The position numbers and the translations under genes are program-made. Shown piece after piece: positions 1 to 11,228 of a DNA stretch of 64,000 bases. How positions within the stretch are numbered: position 1 is the stretch's first letter; each line of letters begins with the position of its first letter. Source of the DNA: Diplonema japonicum (taxonomy: Eukaryota > Protista > Euglenozoa: Diplonemea); NCBI GenBank assembly GCA_964019335.1, contig OZ025657.1, positions 434,001 through 498,000 on the forward strand, in the 5' to 3' direction. The notes below the pieces were generated by a model that saw nothing but the letters and a program-made list of their open reading frames with translations, was not told the origin of the DNA and searched no databases.

Positions 1-228
1 GGTTTTTTTTTGGGGGGGGGAGTGTTAGCTACACCCCGCACATTGAAGGAATAAGAAAAAGAAACACCAGCTGGGGGAGGTAGTGATTCATAAGTAATAT
101 AATTCAAAGGGAAAAAAAAAAAAAAAATTGCAGGTTTGAGCCCATTAAAAAAAAACCTGAACGAAACTTAAGAAAATCAGAAACGTCCCCGTTGTCTCTA
201 CTTATCTACCCCCTTCTGGGGCCTCGAC

Positions 229-269
<41 letters not shown>

Positions 270-310
270 AGTAATTTGAAACAAAAAATAATAATAATAA
301 TGTTTGCGTT

Positions 311-3300
311 CTACACATCGTGCGTGTCAGTTGTTGCCTGTTCTGGTTCTTCGGTTTCGTTGTGGTCCATGTACACAGCAGGTACCCTTCGCAGGAAGCA
401 GTAGTAGACAAAAAAAGCAAGGACGAGGACAGCAGCAAGGGAACCGAGCACAATACCGACTACGGCGCCTGTTGAGAGGGACTCCCCTGAACTGCCTTCT
501 GCAGGGGGATTGTCGTCTCTCACCGTCACCTCTTGTAGTACCCCACCCAAACGGTTCTCGATCAGCGTCTTGTGCGCCTGCAATGTATCCCGCACTGCAT
601 TGTTGTTCATCTCAACAGGCACCTCAAGACTCGCTTCCACAGTAAAGGTCTCTGTCTCATTCTGCATTGGCATCGCAGCGCGTGTCGAAGCGGTGCTCCC
701 ACATGGAAGGCAGCGCACGGTTTTCACGGAACACACCTCAACACAGTTCGCGGTGCCCCCCAGCATGACTTCCAACGCAAGCATGAGGTCCATACTTCCT
801 TTTATCACTTTCTCTATGCCACGCGAAACGACATGTAGCATTACCTGCACCCCCCTCCTCGTTCCAGGAGGGGCCGCTGTTGCTGGCTCCCTCGTATCAG
901 GTGCACTTGTGGGTTCTGCTGTAGGTTGGTTAGTTGGTTCTTCTGTGGGTTCTGCCGTCGGCTCCGCTGTATCAGGTGCGGGGGTAACAGGGCGGTCCTT
1001 GCAGAAGTGTGTTGCTGTGAAGTTCGCGTCCTTGTTCCCGAAATCCGACTTGAAGTGCAGATACAGATCCCCTGTGCTCGAGAACTCCGTCGTGGTGTTC
1101 CCTGTCACCGCCCCGATCCACGTCCCATCCCACCCGTACACGTTCACAAAGTCAAAGTTGGGGTCCATAAGAGGCACCAGAGACACACTTGACTCGTGGT
1201 TATCAGGGCATCCCAGTCTCCAGCAGACGCTCTTCATCGCGGAGACCCCATCCCCAGCAGGGTATCGCAGCTCGCTGGAGTAGCGTTCGAAAGCATGGTA
1301 GCAATTCCTGCTGGTTTTGTCCCAGGAGATAGGGTTGTTCGGTGGGTCCAGATTTATCTCCCTTATAGTTGAGTCATTAGAGCACGCCCACTGCAACTGA
1401 TACTCGCTGTTGTCGATCGTCTCGTCTTCCGAAACCTTCAACACTATTTGGTTCTCGTAAGTCGCAATAACTGACCCCGTCCCTGTAAACCTGTCGTGAA
1501 GTACCCCACCGCTCTCATGGTACACTTCTGCGTAGTCGTAACCATACTCGAAATCCATCGCCAAGGTTAAAGTTACCCTCCTTGTTCCTGGGCATGTCAG
1601 CAAGACGCATCTGTATAGATTTGGCCAGTTATACCTGCCCACTAGCCTGTTAGAATAACCGTATCCCTCCAAACAAAGTTCTTTTGGTATGATCTCTGGA
1701 GTGAAGTCGCACTTCCAGGAGAACGAGCCTGTTGCCCCCAGAGGGAGTGCTGTTTCCAGAGACACTGTGGCATCCCTCTGCACTGTCAGTATGGGGTTCT
1801 TGGGGCTGAGAGGGAAACTAGCGCCTGTGAGAGTGAATGGCGCCCCAGACACATGTGTCAGAGTCAGGGGGACATTGTAACCGCAAGACAGATCCCAACA
1901 TTGCACAGGGCTGTCCTCCACCACCTCCACAACCCCCGGTACGTTGCTTGTTAAGCAACCGCTTCTCCAGCTGACGTGTGCCCAGCCTTTCCCAGTTTTT
2001 GTTATCTTCACAGGGTTCCTCGTTACTTCTAACAGCTGGTACTGGTAGCCGCTCCCGTTCTCGATCTTGAACTCTGTTGCTCCTGTGTCCACCACTATAT
2101 TCCCCCCGCCACTGAGGTCGTAGGTCGCGTTGATGTACAGCCGGTTTGAAGGTTCCACAGCAAGGTTCCAGCAAGCATCTCCTTCGATCGCGTCGATGCT
2201 TCCGATCAACTCAGTGAGGTTCGTACAGTTGAGTTCAGATTGCAAGATTGAACTGCTGCGTTGCAATACCGAGTTTTGTAAACTGGAGGTGGGACTACCG
2301 CACTCCCACTCGACAGATAAAATTGGTTTGTCATAATATGTTAAAATAAGGTCTGTGGACAGTATGATGTTCCCAGTGAGGACGCGGACAGTGTCATGCT
2401 TGATATTCTCAGCGTAGCCGTTCTCGTCAATGACTCGAATGAAATCCTCTGTGTCAATATCCGTAGCAAACTGTAACTTTAAAGTCACCGTCTCGGTGCA
2501 CATTATCGTCCAACACGCACGATGGAGGTCGTTCCCAAGGGGGTAAAGAAACGAATCAGAACCCGGTGTAGAAGGAGGCACAAGTTCGACACAGTTGCAT
2601 GTCCAGCGCATGAAGATCGACTCCCGTGTTCTCAGCAACGCACGTTTGAGGCCTGTGATCACGGGTTTCGAGTTGCACCCGACGGTAGAAAGCAGGTTTT
2701 CGTTATTATCAAACAGTGTCCCTGGGGAATAGCATGCACTGCGCCGTATTGACAGGAAGACAAGTTTCTGGTACGAATAGGGACAATCGATGTTCCAGCA
2801 ATCATTGTTTTTTGCGTCGTTGCCCGTGATAGTAAGGCTGTTTATGAGACTTGTGTTCAGGGAGCGACAAGTCCCCCACCGCCCGCATCCCCAAATTATG
2901 GACGAGCTCCCATGGACCAGCACCCGCGAGCGGTGTATCAAATGCTTGCTGAAGTAGGGTCCTTGTCCCCGGCTTATCTCATCGGTAACAAGGTTAAATA
3001 CAGTCACAAAGCCTGTGAGGTCGGCAGAGAACAGATACTCTTCGTTGCACCCCACCAGGAAGCAGTCGCCGTGTTGCACAGATGTGTAGTCACCTTCAGC
3101 GAGCTCTGGACACCCCCCAGCAGGGAGACAGTTGAACTCTATCTCGAAGGTGCTAAAAGGTTGCGTATCGTAATGCACCACGAGCATCAGGGGCCAACCG
3201 TCAGCGACGATTCTGTTGGAGGTGCTGTCTCCGAATTTTATCAGCTGAATCGTTTCGGTCCCGTTCATGATCGCGATGCTCTCGTTGAAGGCGACGTGCC

Positions 3301-5320
3301 ACTCTGCGTTCACGAGCTCACCCTTGACGTCGCACTCTAGAAGGTAAGTTGTCGAGGTCTCCATAGTGTCCCGCGTTACAAGCGCCGTGGTGGTCACATT
3401 CACCTGGGGGCCCTCCATGAAGGCGGATTTGTAGGGAGCCGGTGCGGGGAGGGGTTCATTCGTGCACTTCCAGCTGAAACGGAAGCCGCTCCCCCTCGGA
3501 TAGAACCCAGACCTGAAGTGCACCTTCAAGGACTTTCCAAAGGAGCGCATGGAAGGGGGTTTCTCTCCACGAACCCGCGTCCTTGTCCCGTCCTCCTCTA
3601 TCAGTGTCAGCAGGTCGCTGTTGTCGGTGCTCGCCACGTCCACGTACTGCCACTCTACCTCCATGTGCGGTGTGTTGCAGCTCACCGTCCAGCACTCCTC
3701 CGCAAACGAAGGGTATCGCCCGTTGTTCTTGGGGTAGCTCAACACGTTCCCAGATGCCGCGGTGCAGCTTGTCGGATCCTGGCGTTCCTTGCACTCCCAA
3801 GAGAACTCAAATGTCGCCCCATTGCTAAGTTCCTGAGAGGACGCTATGAGTGCAGCACCACCGCGGATAACTAAAGAATCTCCAGTAGTGTCCCCTTCCC
3901 ACACTGTTGTTACCGGAAAAGTGCTGAGGGGCTGAAGCTTTGCAAGGTTCGTCCCGTCACTTGGCTTGACAGAGTCCATAGTGAAGTGGAGGTCTTCTTT
4001 CGAGAGGCAAGGCATCACCCAGCAGGCTGTCTCAAAACGAGAGGTGTTGTAGGAAATTGTCCCTTGTTTGGCGAGGGGATCCGATCGCGAACAAATACCA
4101 CTGCCGAGGTTTTGTGTCCCGCTCCCAGGAACCGTGGATTGGCTGTCATCGCACCGCATGAAGAGGACTCGGTTGGGGGTTGCCGAAACCAGCACCCTCT
4201 CCAGAGCAGACTCCTCAAGCCACACCTTGACATCCAAGGGAGACGCCGCAGGCCTCCTGCTCAGGAAAGCGGCCGCCGCCCCTGCTGCGTAACCAGCTGC
4301 CGCAGATGACCCAGACCGCATATTACTTCCATTCAGGTCTTCCGCAGAAGCCCCCAGAATGTCCTCACCAGGTGCGAAGATGTCCGAAAAATGCACACAA
4401 CCAATGGCCTCACCCTTCCTGTTGTGCGCCCCAACAGATATGACCTCCTCTGCCTTTTCGGGAAGCGAGCTGCAAGCCCCAACCATGTTCCCGGCAGAGG
4501 CGACCACAGGAACACCCAGGTCGATGAGGGCACGAATGGCAGTGCGCACTGTGGTGGAGGAAGTAGGGTCGAAGGCCATCACCACGAGGGAGGGGAGTCC
4601 GGTTGCCTTACTGGTGACAGCGACATCGGTCAACCCGTTCAAAACGGCGCTGCTCTGGACCGAGCCCGACGAGGACACAACCTTTCTGGACATAACGGTG
4701 GCCCGTCTCGCCACCCCGTAGGTGCTGCCTGCGACGAGGCTCGCTATGTAGGTTCCGTGCCCGTTGTCGTCCCTTCGCAGGTCCTTGCTGCTCTTTACGT
4801 ACGACTCGCCGTTGTAGCAGCGACCCTTCAGCTCCTTGTGCCCGCACTCCACGCCCGTGTCCAGGACGAAAACGTGGACCCCCTCCCCCCACGCCGCGTT
4901 GTGCTTGAAAGACTGGCTGCTGCTTGCGCTGCTCTCGCTGGTGTCCCAGTCAAGCCTCTGGGTGAGCCTCGGAAGCCCCCAGAGCCCCTGAACCCCTGCG
5001 GTGTCCGCGTCGTCTTCGGCGCAGCCCCCTGGCATTGTGTGCAGCGCGTCCTCGTGAACCACATCGCGCTCCGCCGTCACCCTCCCCTTAGAGAGCAACT
5101 CCAGCTGCGCTACCTCAGCCGCCCCGACGCCTCCCTTGCAGTGCACCGCCCTGAAGCCCCCGATCCTGAGAGTCCTGCTCCCTTCCCCGCACACCTTGCG
5201 CACCTCCCGCGCGTCCCCTTCTGTACTGTTTCCGTGCAGCGTCAAAAGGTACCCCTCTCCTCCAGACCCTCCATCACCCAGCACCCCAGCGCACAGCAGG
5301 GGTATAAGGAAGGCTCTCAT
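311..5320 (-). CDS. Type I membrane subtilisin-like (S8) serine peptidase with multiple CUB/CUB-like domains, 1669 aa
   Basis: Signal peptide and prodomain. S8 motifs VFVLDTGV (Asp), DDNGHGTYIASL (His), VASAGN (oxyanion Asn) and SGSSAAAG (Ser, variant of GTSMA). Repeated CUB-like modules (e.g. YPSFAEECWTVSC...LKVHFRSGFYPRGSGFRFSWKC), a PTAEPT stalk, a TM helix AVVGIVLGSLAAVLVLAFFVYY and a short tail. Confidence 0.9.
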   Translation of the reverse strand: MRAFLIPLLCAGVLGDGGSGGEGYLLTLHGNSTEGDAREVRKVCGEGSRTLRIGGFRAVHCKGGVGAAEVAQLELLSKGRVTAERDVVHEDALHTMPGGCAEDDADTAGVQGLWGLPRLTQRLDWDTSESSASSSQSFKHNAAWGEGVHVFVLDTGVECGHKELKGRCYNGESYVKSSKDLRRDDNGHGTYIASLVAGSTYGVARRATVMSRKVVSSSGSVQSSAVLNGLTDVAVTSKATGLPSLVVMAFDPTSSTTVRTAIRALIDLGVPVVASAGNMVGACSSLPEKAEEVISVGAHNRKGEAIGCVHFSDIFAPGEDILGASAEDLNGSNMRSGSSAAAGYAAGAAAAFLSRRPAASPLDVKVWLEESALERVLVSATPNRVLFMRCDDSQSTVPGSGTQNLGSGICSRSDPLAKQGTISYNTSRFETACWVMPCLSKEDLHFTMDSVKPSDGTNLAKLQPLSTFPVTTVWEGDTTGDSLVIRGGAALIASSQELSNGATFEFSWECKERQDPTSCTAASGNVLSYPKNNGRYPSFAEECWTVSCNTPHMEVEWQYVDVASTDNSDLLTLIEEDGTRTRVRGEKPPSMRSFGKSLKVHFRSGFYPRGSGFRFSWKCTNEPLPAPAPYKSAFMEGPQVNVTTTALVTRDTMETSTTYLLECDVKGELVNAEWHVAFNESIAIMNGTETIQLIKFGDSTSNRIVADGWPLMLVVHYDTQPFSTFEIEFNCLPAGGCPELAEGDYTSVQHGDCFLVGCNEEYLFSADLTGFVTVFNLVTDEISRGQGPYFSKHLIHRSRVLVHGSSSIIWGCGRWGTCRSLNTSLINSLTITGNDAKNNDCWNIDCPYSYQKLVFLSIRRSACYSPGTLFDNNENLLSTVGCNSKPVITGLKRALLRTRESIFMRWTCNCVELVPPSTPGSDSFLYPLGNDLHRACWTIMCTETVTLKLQFATDIDTEDFIRVIDENGYAENIKHDTVRVLTGNIILSTDLILTYYDKPILSVEWECGSPTSSLQNSVLQRSSSILQSELNCTNLTELIGSIDAIEGDACWNLAVEPSNRLYINATYDLSGGGNIVVDTGATEFKIENGSGYQYQLLEVTRNPVKITKTGKGWAHVSWRSGCLTSNVPGVVEVVEDSPVQCWDLSCGYNVPLTLTHVSGAPFTLTGASFPLSPKNPILTVQRDATVSLETALPLGATGSFSWKCDFTPEIIPKELCLEGYGYSNRLVGRYNWPNLYRCVLLTCPGTRRVTLTLAMDFEYGYDYAEVYHESGGVLHDRFTGTGSVIATYENQIVLKVSEDETIDNSEYQLQWACSNDSTIREINLDPPNNPISWDKTSRNCYHAFERYSSELRYPAGDGVSAMKSVCWRLGCPDNHESSVSLVPLMDPNFDFVNVYGWDGTWIGAVTGNTTTEFSSTGDLYLHFKSDFGNKDANFTATHFCKDRPVTPAPDTAEPTAEPTEEPTNQPTAEPTSAPDTREPATAAPPGTRRGVQVMLHVVSRGIEKVIKGSMDLMLALEVMLGGTANCVEVCSVKTVRCLPCGSTASTRAAMPMQNETETFTVEASLEVPVEMNNNAVRDTLQAHKTLIENRLGGVLQEVTVRDDNPPAEGSSGESLSTGAVVGIVLGSLAAVLVLAFFVYYCFLRRVPAVYMDHNETEEPEQATTDTHDV

Positions 5321-5384
5321 TTTGTTGTTAAAAAGTGAGACAACTGTTCTAGCTGGTGAGTGAAATGAATGTGAAATCAGAAAT

Positions 5385-5598
5385 AAAAAGTTATCTCGTT
5401 TTTAGTGGTGCAAGTGCCATGTGGCATAGCGAAGCTTCAGAGTAAAAGTGGAGGTAAAGAAATCCTGGCTTGAAATAGGGAGAGGGGTAACAGAAGCAAC
5501 TGAACACTAACTGGAAAGTATGTTGTGGAAGCATGCTTCACTGCGGAGAGAGCAAGTCGATAAGAGACTCTATTAAAAACAATGGCGCCGCGTGTAAG
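5385..5598. repeat. Dispersed repeat, internally deleted copy of the element at 35843-36168
   Basis: Colinear shared blocks: gttrtctcg-ttttagtggtgc, agtaaaagtggag(a)ggtaaagaaa, ttgaaatagggagagggg, acagaagcaa, tgcttcactg, gataagrgactct, tggcgccrcgygtarg. Confidence 0.75.
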
Positions 5599-6146
5599 AA
5601 AAAAAAAAGAATGAAGAATAGTGAAAGTGGTTGCAACGAAAGTACCTGCAGTCAGAGGTGACTAAAAAAAGTTTTCCTGTACATCGAAGCGCAGCTAAAA
5701 ACGGATACATGACCGACGATGAGGTCAACAGCGCCCCCCCCTAAACGTTACGCCTATCTCTTGAGGTTAAGATTTATCATCGTTACCGTTCCTACATCAC
5801 TGTAAAAACATCACAGGGAAGGAGAGAGTAATATGGAAATTGAAAAATAGGGAGTCACAGAGAGGGGTGCGCTATTATGAGCAGTTTTAACTGCAGATCT
5901 TCCGTGACGAAGATTCCACAACCCACAAGAGATCTCAACGAGACAATGCTAATACTAGTGGCACCAAAGTGTCGGATCGATACCTCCCGACACTGAAGTG
6001 GTCCTGGGATGGTACATGTACTCGGTCTTGTGCCAGTGCATATACCTGTGATACCTACATCAGTATGGATACGTTCCAACTGGGCGTCACCACGCTCTGG
6101 GAGGATGAACATTTATCTCCAGGTCAACAATGATGCAACAGCCTTC

Positions 6147-6423
6147 TTACACAGCACACTTATGCTGCTTATGGGGCCCCAATATTTCCTTCTGGTTGTC
6201 TCTGACACGCCTCGGCTTGCGAGAAATAGTAGTAAAGGAGGAAAGCACACCACAACAACGGACCGAGGATGCCCTGTTTGTCCGCAGAGTGCTCAGCACT
6301 GCCTTGTTGTCCATCTCAGAGGGGACAAGAAGGTTTGTAGAGCAATGAAAGCGATGACCTTTCACGACACCACCCCAGCGCACAGAAGGGGTAGGTGGAA
6401 AAACAAAGAACTTTTGTGATCAT
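6147..6423 (-). pseudogene. Internally deleted relic of the 7450/9589 surface-protein family
   Basis: Keeps the start context (catttt cttgttaacaaaacgaagaaacctg), a frameshifted signal peptide, the LLVPSEMDNKAVLSTLRTNRA block and the C-terminal RKPRRVRDNQKEILGP. Most of the gene is deleted. The flanks are homologous to those of the intact copies. Confidence 0.8.
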
Positions 6424-7449
6424 TTTCTTGTTAACAAAACGAAGAAACCTGTAAGTGTGCCTTGCCTTGGAGAACCAAGAAACCAACAAACAAAAACCGA
6501 GAGGAGAAGTACTCAGTTGTCGTGGAGACATTGTAACAAAAGAGGGGGGGGGGGGGGGGGGGGGGTCGGCGCATGCAAGCTCCCGCAAGAGCCGCGATCC
6601 CTGAATTGGGAGGGTGATGAACAGCACTAGGTACTATCAGAAGGATCTTTCTTCTTTTTTTCCCCGACTGGGAGAGGGGCGTCGCGTATATTACCAGCAA
6701 GAACATAGTCTACTTAGGTATTGCTGCATGAGCGGTCATGGAGGTCCAGTGGCCGCCTCTTTGCTAAAAATTTTCTAAAAACACGCTGATATTATTACCT
6801 TACTTCGATTACTTTTTACAGTAGTTGTCAAAAGTGAACGAGGGGGGAAAAGGGCAGAAGCAAAAAAAAGGGGGGGGGGTGGAGAAAGACAGTAAATGAA
6901 CTTGTTGCAAGGCTCCAAAAATGAAGAAAAAATATGTATGTAAAAGGACGTACCCTGATCTAGGTGCCCTTGGAACGAATGTATGGAATATTTTGTTCTC
7001 CCGTTTTGGTTCTTTCTTTTATTCTTTGCTTCTGTTCTCCAATACATAGAAATAACGTTTAGATTTGCCATCGTTCCCGTTTTCCTACATCGCTGTAAAA
7101 CATCACAGGGAAGGAGAGAGTAATATGGAAATACAAAAAAAATGGGGTCGCAGAGAAGTGCTGCGTACTGCACTGAAGCAGAACCTGCAGATCTACCGTG
7201 ACAAACATTCAAATTAACCGACACTCTTTTTTTCTTCTTTTCCTTGGTTGGCTGAGAACTGCTTCACTTTGTTCCTTGCAGCAACTAAGTGCAAGCATGC
7301 CTAGAGCGTCCTACATGAACCACAACCCAAAGGATAAAAGAAACGCTGGAGAAGGGATGTTTAACAAGAGTAAATGTACTCATTTACCTACCTGCCAACA
7401 TACATCTACCTGTACACAATGCAACAGCCTCCTTACACAACACACTTGC

Positions 7450-8658
7450 TTACGGCTCCGATATCTCCTTCTGGCTGTCCACGACACGCCTCGGCTTGCG
7501 AAGGCAGAAATGGTAAACGAGAGAAGCAGCAAGAGTCACCACAACAACGGATCCCACCACAATACCGAGGATAACGCCTGTTGATATCGAACTGCTGCCA
7601 TCGTTCAAGTCGCTCACAGTCATATCATGCACCGTGTCACCCAGTTGGTTCTCGATCCGTGCCCTGTTTGTCCGCAAAGTGCTCAACACTTCCTTGTTGT
7701 CCATCTCAGAGGGAACAAGAAGGTACACAGTCAAAGCCATGGTCCCTCCCACTTGTTGTGCCACCACTGCCGTCCGGTGTCCCGCCGCACCCCCACAGGG
7801 AAGGCAGTTCCCGCGGCACACGTTGATGCAGGTAGCCGCCCCTCCAAAGATCTGCTCCAAAACAGGCATCAGATTCCTGCCCCCTGTCACCGTCTTCTCC
7901 ATGTCGCTCGAGACAACGTCGAACACCACCCGCACATCCCTCTTCGATGGAGGGGTCGGGGTCGGATCCGCAGGCTTGGGCAGGGTCGGTTCCGCTGTGA
8001 CGTCAGGCTCAGGCTCAGGATTGGGCTGGGGCTCAGGCTCAGGCTTGGGCTGGGACACAGGGTCGCACCTCCAGGAGAACGAAGCCTCCGTCCCAAGAGG
8101 GTATTCTGGTTCCACAGACACCCTGGCATCATTCTCCACTGTGACTCTGGGGTTTGAAGAGCTGAGGGTGGCCGTGGGCATGGCGTCTACAGAGAGGGGC
8201 CCTCCAGACACATAGGACAAGGTCAGGCGGGGCTCGCTGGCATCACACGAAACAAAAAAGCACCGCACAGGGCTGTCCTTCGCCACCTCCACAAGCCCGG
8301 GTGATGAACTCAAATCACAAGTGCCATAGGTCCAGCTGACGTCTGCCCAGCCGTTCCCGTTCTTTCTCATATTCACAGTGGTGTCCCGGGGAACAGGCAT
8401 CAGCTGGTACTGGTAGCCGCTCCCGCCCTCGATCTTGAACTCTGCTGATGCTGTGTTCACCACCAACCCTCCCCCGCTGCTGAAGTCGTACGTCACATTC
8501 AGGTACAGGTCCGAAGGATCCTGCAGCGAGAGGGACCAGCAGTCGTCGCTTGTCGCGTTCGTGCTGAAGCCCCCAGTTGTCGAGCTGCCGAGCGATTTGC
8601 AACCCTGCACCCCATCGCACAGAAGGGGTAGAAGGAAAAACAAGATTTTTGTGTTCAT
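7450..8658 (-). CDS. Type I membrane surface protein (402 aa) homologous to C-terminal parts of the adjacent subtilisin, no protease domain
   Basis: Start MNTKILFFLLPLLC (signal peptide). FKIEGGSGYQYQL, GLVEVAKDSPVRC and LGTEASFSWRCD match FKIENGSGYQYQL, GVVEVVEDSPVQC and LGATGSFSWKCD in 311-5320. Pro/Glu stalk and TM helix. Confidence 0.85.
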   Translation of the reverse strand: MNTKILFFLLPLLCDGVQGCKSLGSSTTGGFSTNATSDDCWSLSLQDPSDLYLNVTYDFSSGGGLVVNTASAEFKIEGGSGYQYQLMPVPRDTTVNMRKNGNGWADVSWTYGTCDLSSSPGLVEVAKDSPVRCFFVSCDASEPRLTLSYVSGGPLSVDAMPTATLSSSNPRVTVENDARVSVEPEYPLGTEASFSWRCDPVSQPKPEPEPQPNPEPEPDVTAEPTLPKPADPTPTPPSKRDVRVVFDVVSSDMEKTVTGGRNLMPVLEQIFGGAATCINVCRGNCLPCGGAAGHRTAVVAQQVGGTMALTVYLLVPSEMDNKEVLSTLRTNRARIENQLGDTVHDMTVSDLNDGSSSISTGVILGIVVGSVVVVTLAASLVYHFCLRKPRRVVDSQKEISEP

Positions 8659-9588
8659 TTTCTTGTTGACAAAACGAAAGAAACCTGTAGGTGTGGACAA
8701 CAAGAGATACAAGTAAAATAAGAAGAGGAACAGGGAAGAAGAAAGCAGGCACATGCAAGCTCCCCTAGGGAGCCGCAGGCCCCTGAATGGGTGGACAGTG
8801 CTAGGTAGCTCTCAGAAAGCGTCTTTCTTTCCTGTTCTTCGGATTGAAGAGGGGCAAGTAGCATATATACTACCGGCAAGACCATCGTCTATTTGGGTGT
8901 ATATTGCTGCATGATGTTTCATGGATGTCTAGTGGCCGCCTCTTTGCTATTTCTAAAAGCACGCTGATATTCTTGCCTTACCTCGATTTCAAAAGTGAAC
9001 GAGAGAAAACAGGGCAGAAACAAAAAGGGGGAGAGAGAGAGAGCGCAAAGGTACCTGTTGCAAAGCCCGAAAATGAGATAGATGTATGTATAAAAAGGGC
9101 GTACCCTGATCTAGGTGCCCTTGGAATAAACGGATTCTTTTCTTTTTTTTTTTCTTCTATTCTCCAAGAATAAAAACGTAAAGATACATCATCGTTACCT
9201 TTTTTTTTTCCTGTGCCCCTTTATTAGAGCAGGAGAGAACGCCGTATGCTTGTGAAAGCGTTTTTAGTTTTACTTTGAGAACAAACCGTTTTTTCTTTTT
9301 TTTTTTTCTTGCTTCTTCACATCACTGTAAAAAGAAAAACTCACGCTGGACCTAATATCGGAATCCATCACAAGAAAGGAGAGAGTAATATGGGTGTTTG
9401 AAAAAATGGGGAGCGGATCACAGAGAGGAGCACTAAATTGTAACACTGCGTAGAAGCAGCCCTACCTGCAGTTCTTCCGTGTCCTAGTAAAATACAAGCT
9501 TACTGGCACTCAAGAGAGTAATGTATAAGAAGAGTAAAATGTAAACACATAGCTACCTGTCAACAACAGCACGCACCTAACAGCCTTC

Positions 9589-10836
9589 TTACACAACACA
9601 CTTACCCTGATTACGGGGGCCCGAAATCTCCTTCTGGTTGTCCTCGTTACGCCTCGGCTTGCGAAGGCAGAAATGGTAAACGAGGAAAGCAGCAAGAGTC
9701 ACCACAGCAATGCACGCAAACACAATGATGACAAGGAGGCCTGCTGATATCGAACTGCTGCCATCGTTCAAGTCGCTCACAGTCACATCATGCACCGTGT
9801 CACCCACTTGGTTCTCGATCCGTGCCCTGTTTGTCCGCAAAGTGCTCAACACTTCCTTGTTGTCCATCTCAGAGGGAACAAGAAGGTACACAGTCAAAGC
9901 CATGGTCCCTCCCACTTGTTGTGCCACCACTGCCGTCCGGTGTCCCGCCGCACCCCCACAGGGAAGGCAGTTCCCGCGGCACACGTTGATGCAGGTAGCC
10001 GCCCCTCCAAAGATCTGCTCCAAAACAGGCATCAGATTCCTGCCCCCTGTCACCGTCTTCTCCATGTCGCTCGAGACAACGTCGAACACCACCCGCACAT
10101 CCCTCTTCGATGGAGGGGTCGGGGTCGGATCCGCAGGCTTGGGCAGGGTCGGTTCCGCTGTGACGTCAGGCTCAGGCTCAGGATTGGGCTGGGGCTCAGG
10201 CTCAGGCTGGGGCTTGGGGTCAGCGTCGCACCTCCAGGAGAACGAAGCCTCCGTCCCAAGAGGGTATTCTGGTTTCACAGACACCCTGGCTTGCTTTTCC
10301 ACTGTGACTGTGGGGTTTGAAGAGCTGAGGGTGGCCGTGGACACAAGGTAGACAGAGAGGGGGCCTCCAGACACATAGGACAAGGTCAGGCGGGGCTCGC
10401 TGGCATCACACGAAACAAAAAAGCACCGCACAGGGCTGTCCTTCGCCACCTCCACAAGTCCGGGTGATGAACTCAAATCACAAGTGCCATAGGTCCAGCT
10501 GACGTCTGCCCAGCCGTTCCCGTTCTTTGTCACATTCACAGTGGTGCCCCAAGGAACAGGCATCAGCTGGTACTGGTAGCCGCTCCCGCCCTCGATCTTG
10601 AACTCTGCTGATGCTGTGTTCACCACCAACCCTCCCCCGCTGCTGAAGTCGTACGTCACATTCAGGTACAGGTCCGAAGGATCCTGCAGCGAGAGGGACC
10701 AGCAGTCGTCGCTTGTCGCGTTCGTGCTGAAGCCCCCAGTTGTCGAGCTGCCGAGCGATTTGCACGACCCTCCACTACCCTGCACCTCAGGGCACAGAAG
10801 GAGCAGGAGGGGTAGAAGGAAGACTCTTGTGTTCAT
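9589..10836 (-). CDS. Tandem paralog of 7450-8658, type I membrane surface protein (415 aa)
   Basis: Near-identical DNA to 7450-8658 over most of its length. Signal peptide and TM helix present. Confidence 0.85.
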   Translation of the reverse strand: MNTRVFLLPLLLLLCPEVQGSGGSCKSLGSSTTGGFSTNATSDDCWSLSLQDPSDLYLNVTYDFSSGGGLVVNTASAEFKIEGGSGYQYQLMPVPWGTTVNVTKNGNGWADVSWTYGTCDLSSSPGLVEVAKDSPVRCFFVSCDASEPRLTLSYVSGGPLSVYLVSTATLSSSNPTVTVEKQARVSVKPEYPLGTEASFSWRCDADPKPQPEPEPQPNPEPEPDVTAEPTLPKPADPTPTPPSKRDVRVVFDVVSSDMEKTVTGGRNLMPVLEQIFGGAATCINVCRGNCLPCGGAAGHRTAVVAQQVGGTMALTVYLLVPSEMDNKEVLSTLRTNRARIENQVGDTVHDVTVSDLNDGSSSISAGLLVIIVFACIAVVTLAAFLVYHFCLRKPRRNEDNQKEISGPRNQGKCVV

Positions 10837-11002
10837 TTTCTTGTTTTAGGTAGAACTGTAGGCATTGCAGTTTTTGCAACGACAAAAAAAAGAAGCTGAA
10901 GAAACGAAAGAAGCTCTGGTAGGCTCCTTGCCGATCTTCCCTTAAAGTGCATGTGAAAGAAAGATAGAAGAGGGAAAAAAAGCGGGTAAAGGCGACGAGA
11001 CA

Positions 11003-11086
11003 AAGGAGAAGGAGAAGGAGAAGGAGAAGGAGAAGGAGAAGGAGAAGGAGAAGGAGAAGGAGAAGGAGAAGGAGAAGGAGAAGGAG
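11003..11086. repeat. (AAGGAG)14 hexamer microsatellite; a (CTCCTT)n pyrimidine tract on the sense (minus) strand
   Basis: Perfect tandem hexamer seen directly. It lies about 170 nt upstream of the 10836 start codon. Confidence 0.95.
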
Positions 11087-11228
11087 GGGGAATGGACACT
11101 TTTTGTCCGCCATGTGTATTACAGTGGTTTTTTTTTTTTTTCTTCTTCTTCTTTTCGTATTTTTGCAACCATCAGTTTTATCTTAAAACTCAAAAAAAAA
11201 AGGAGGGGGTAAAAAGATCAAAGATCAC

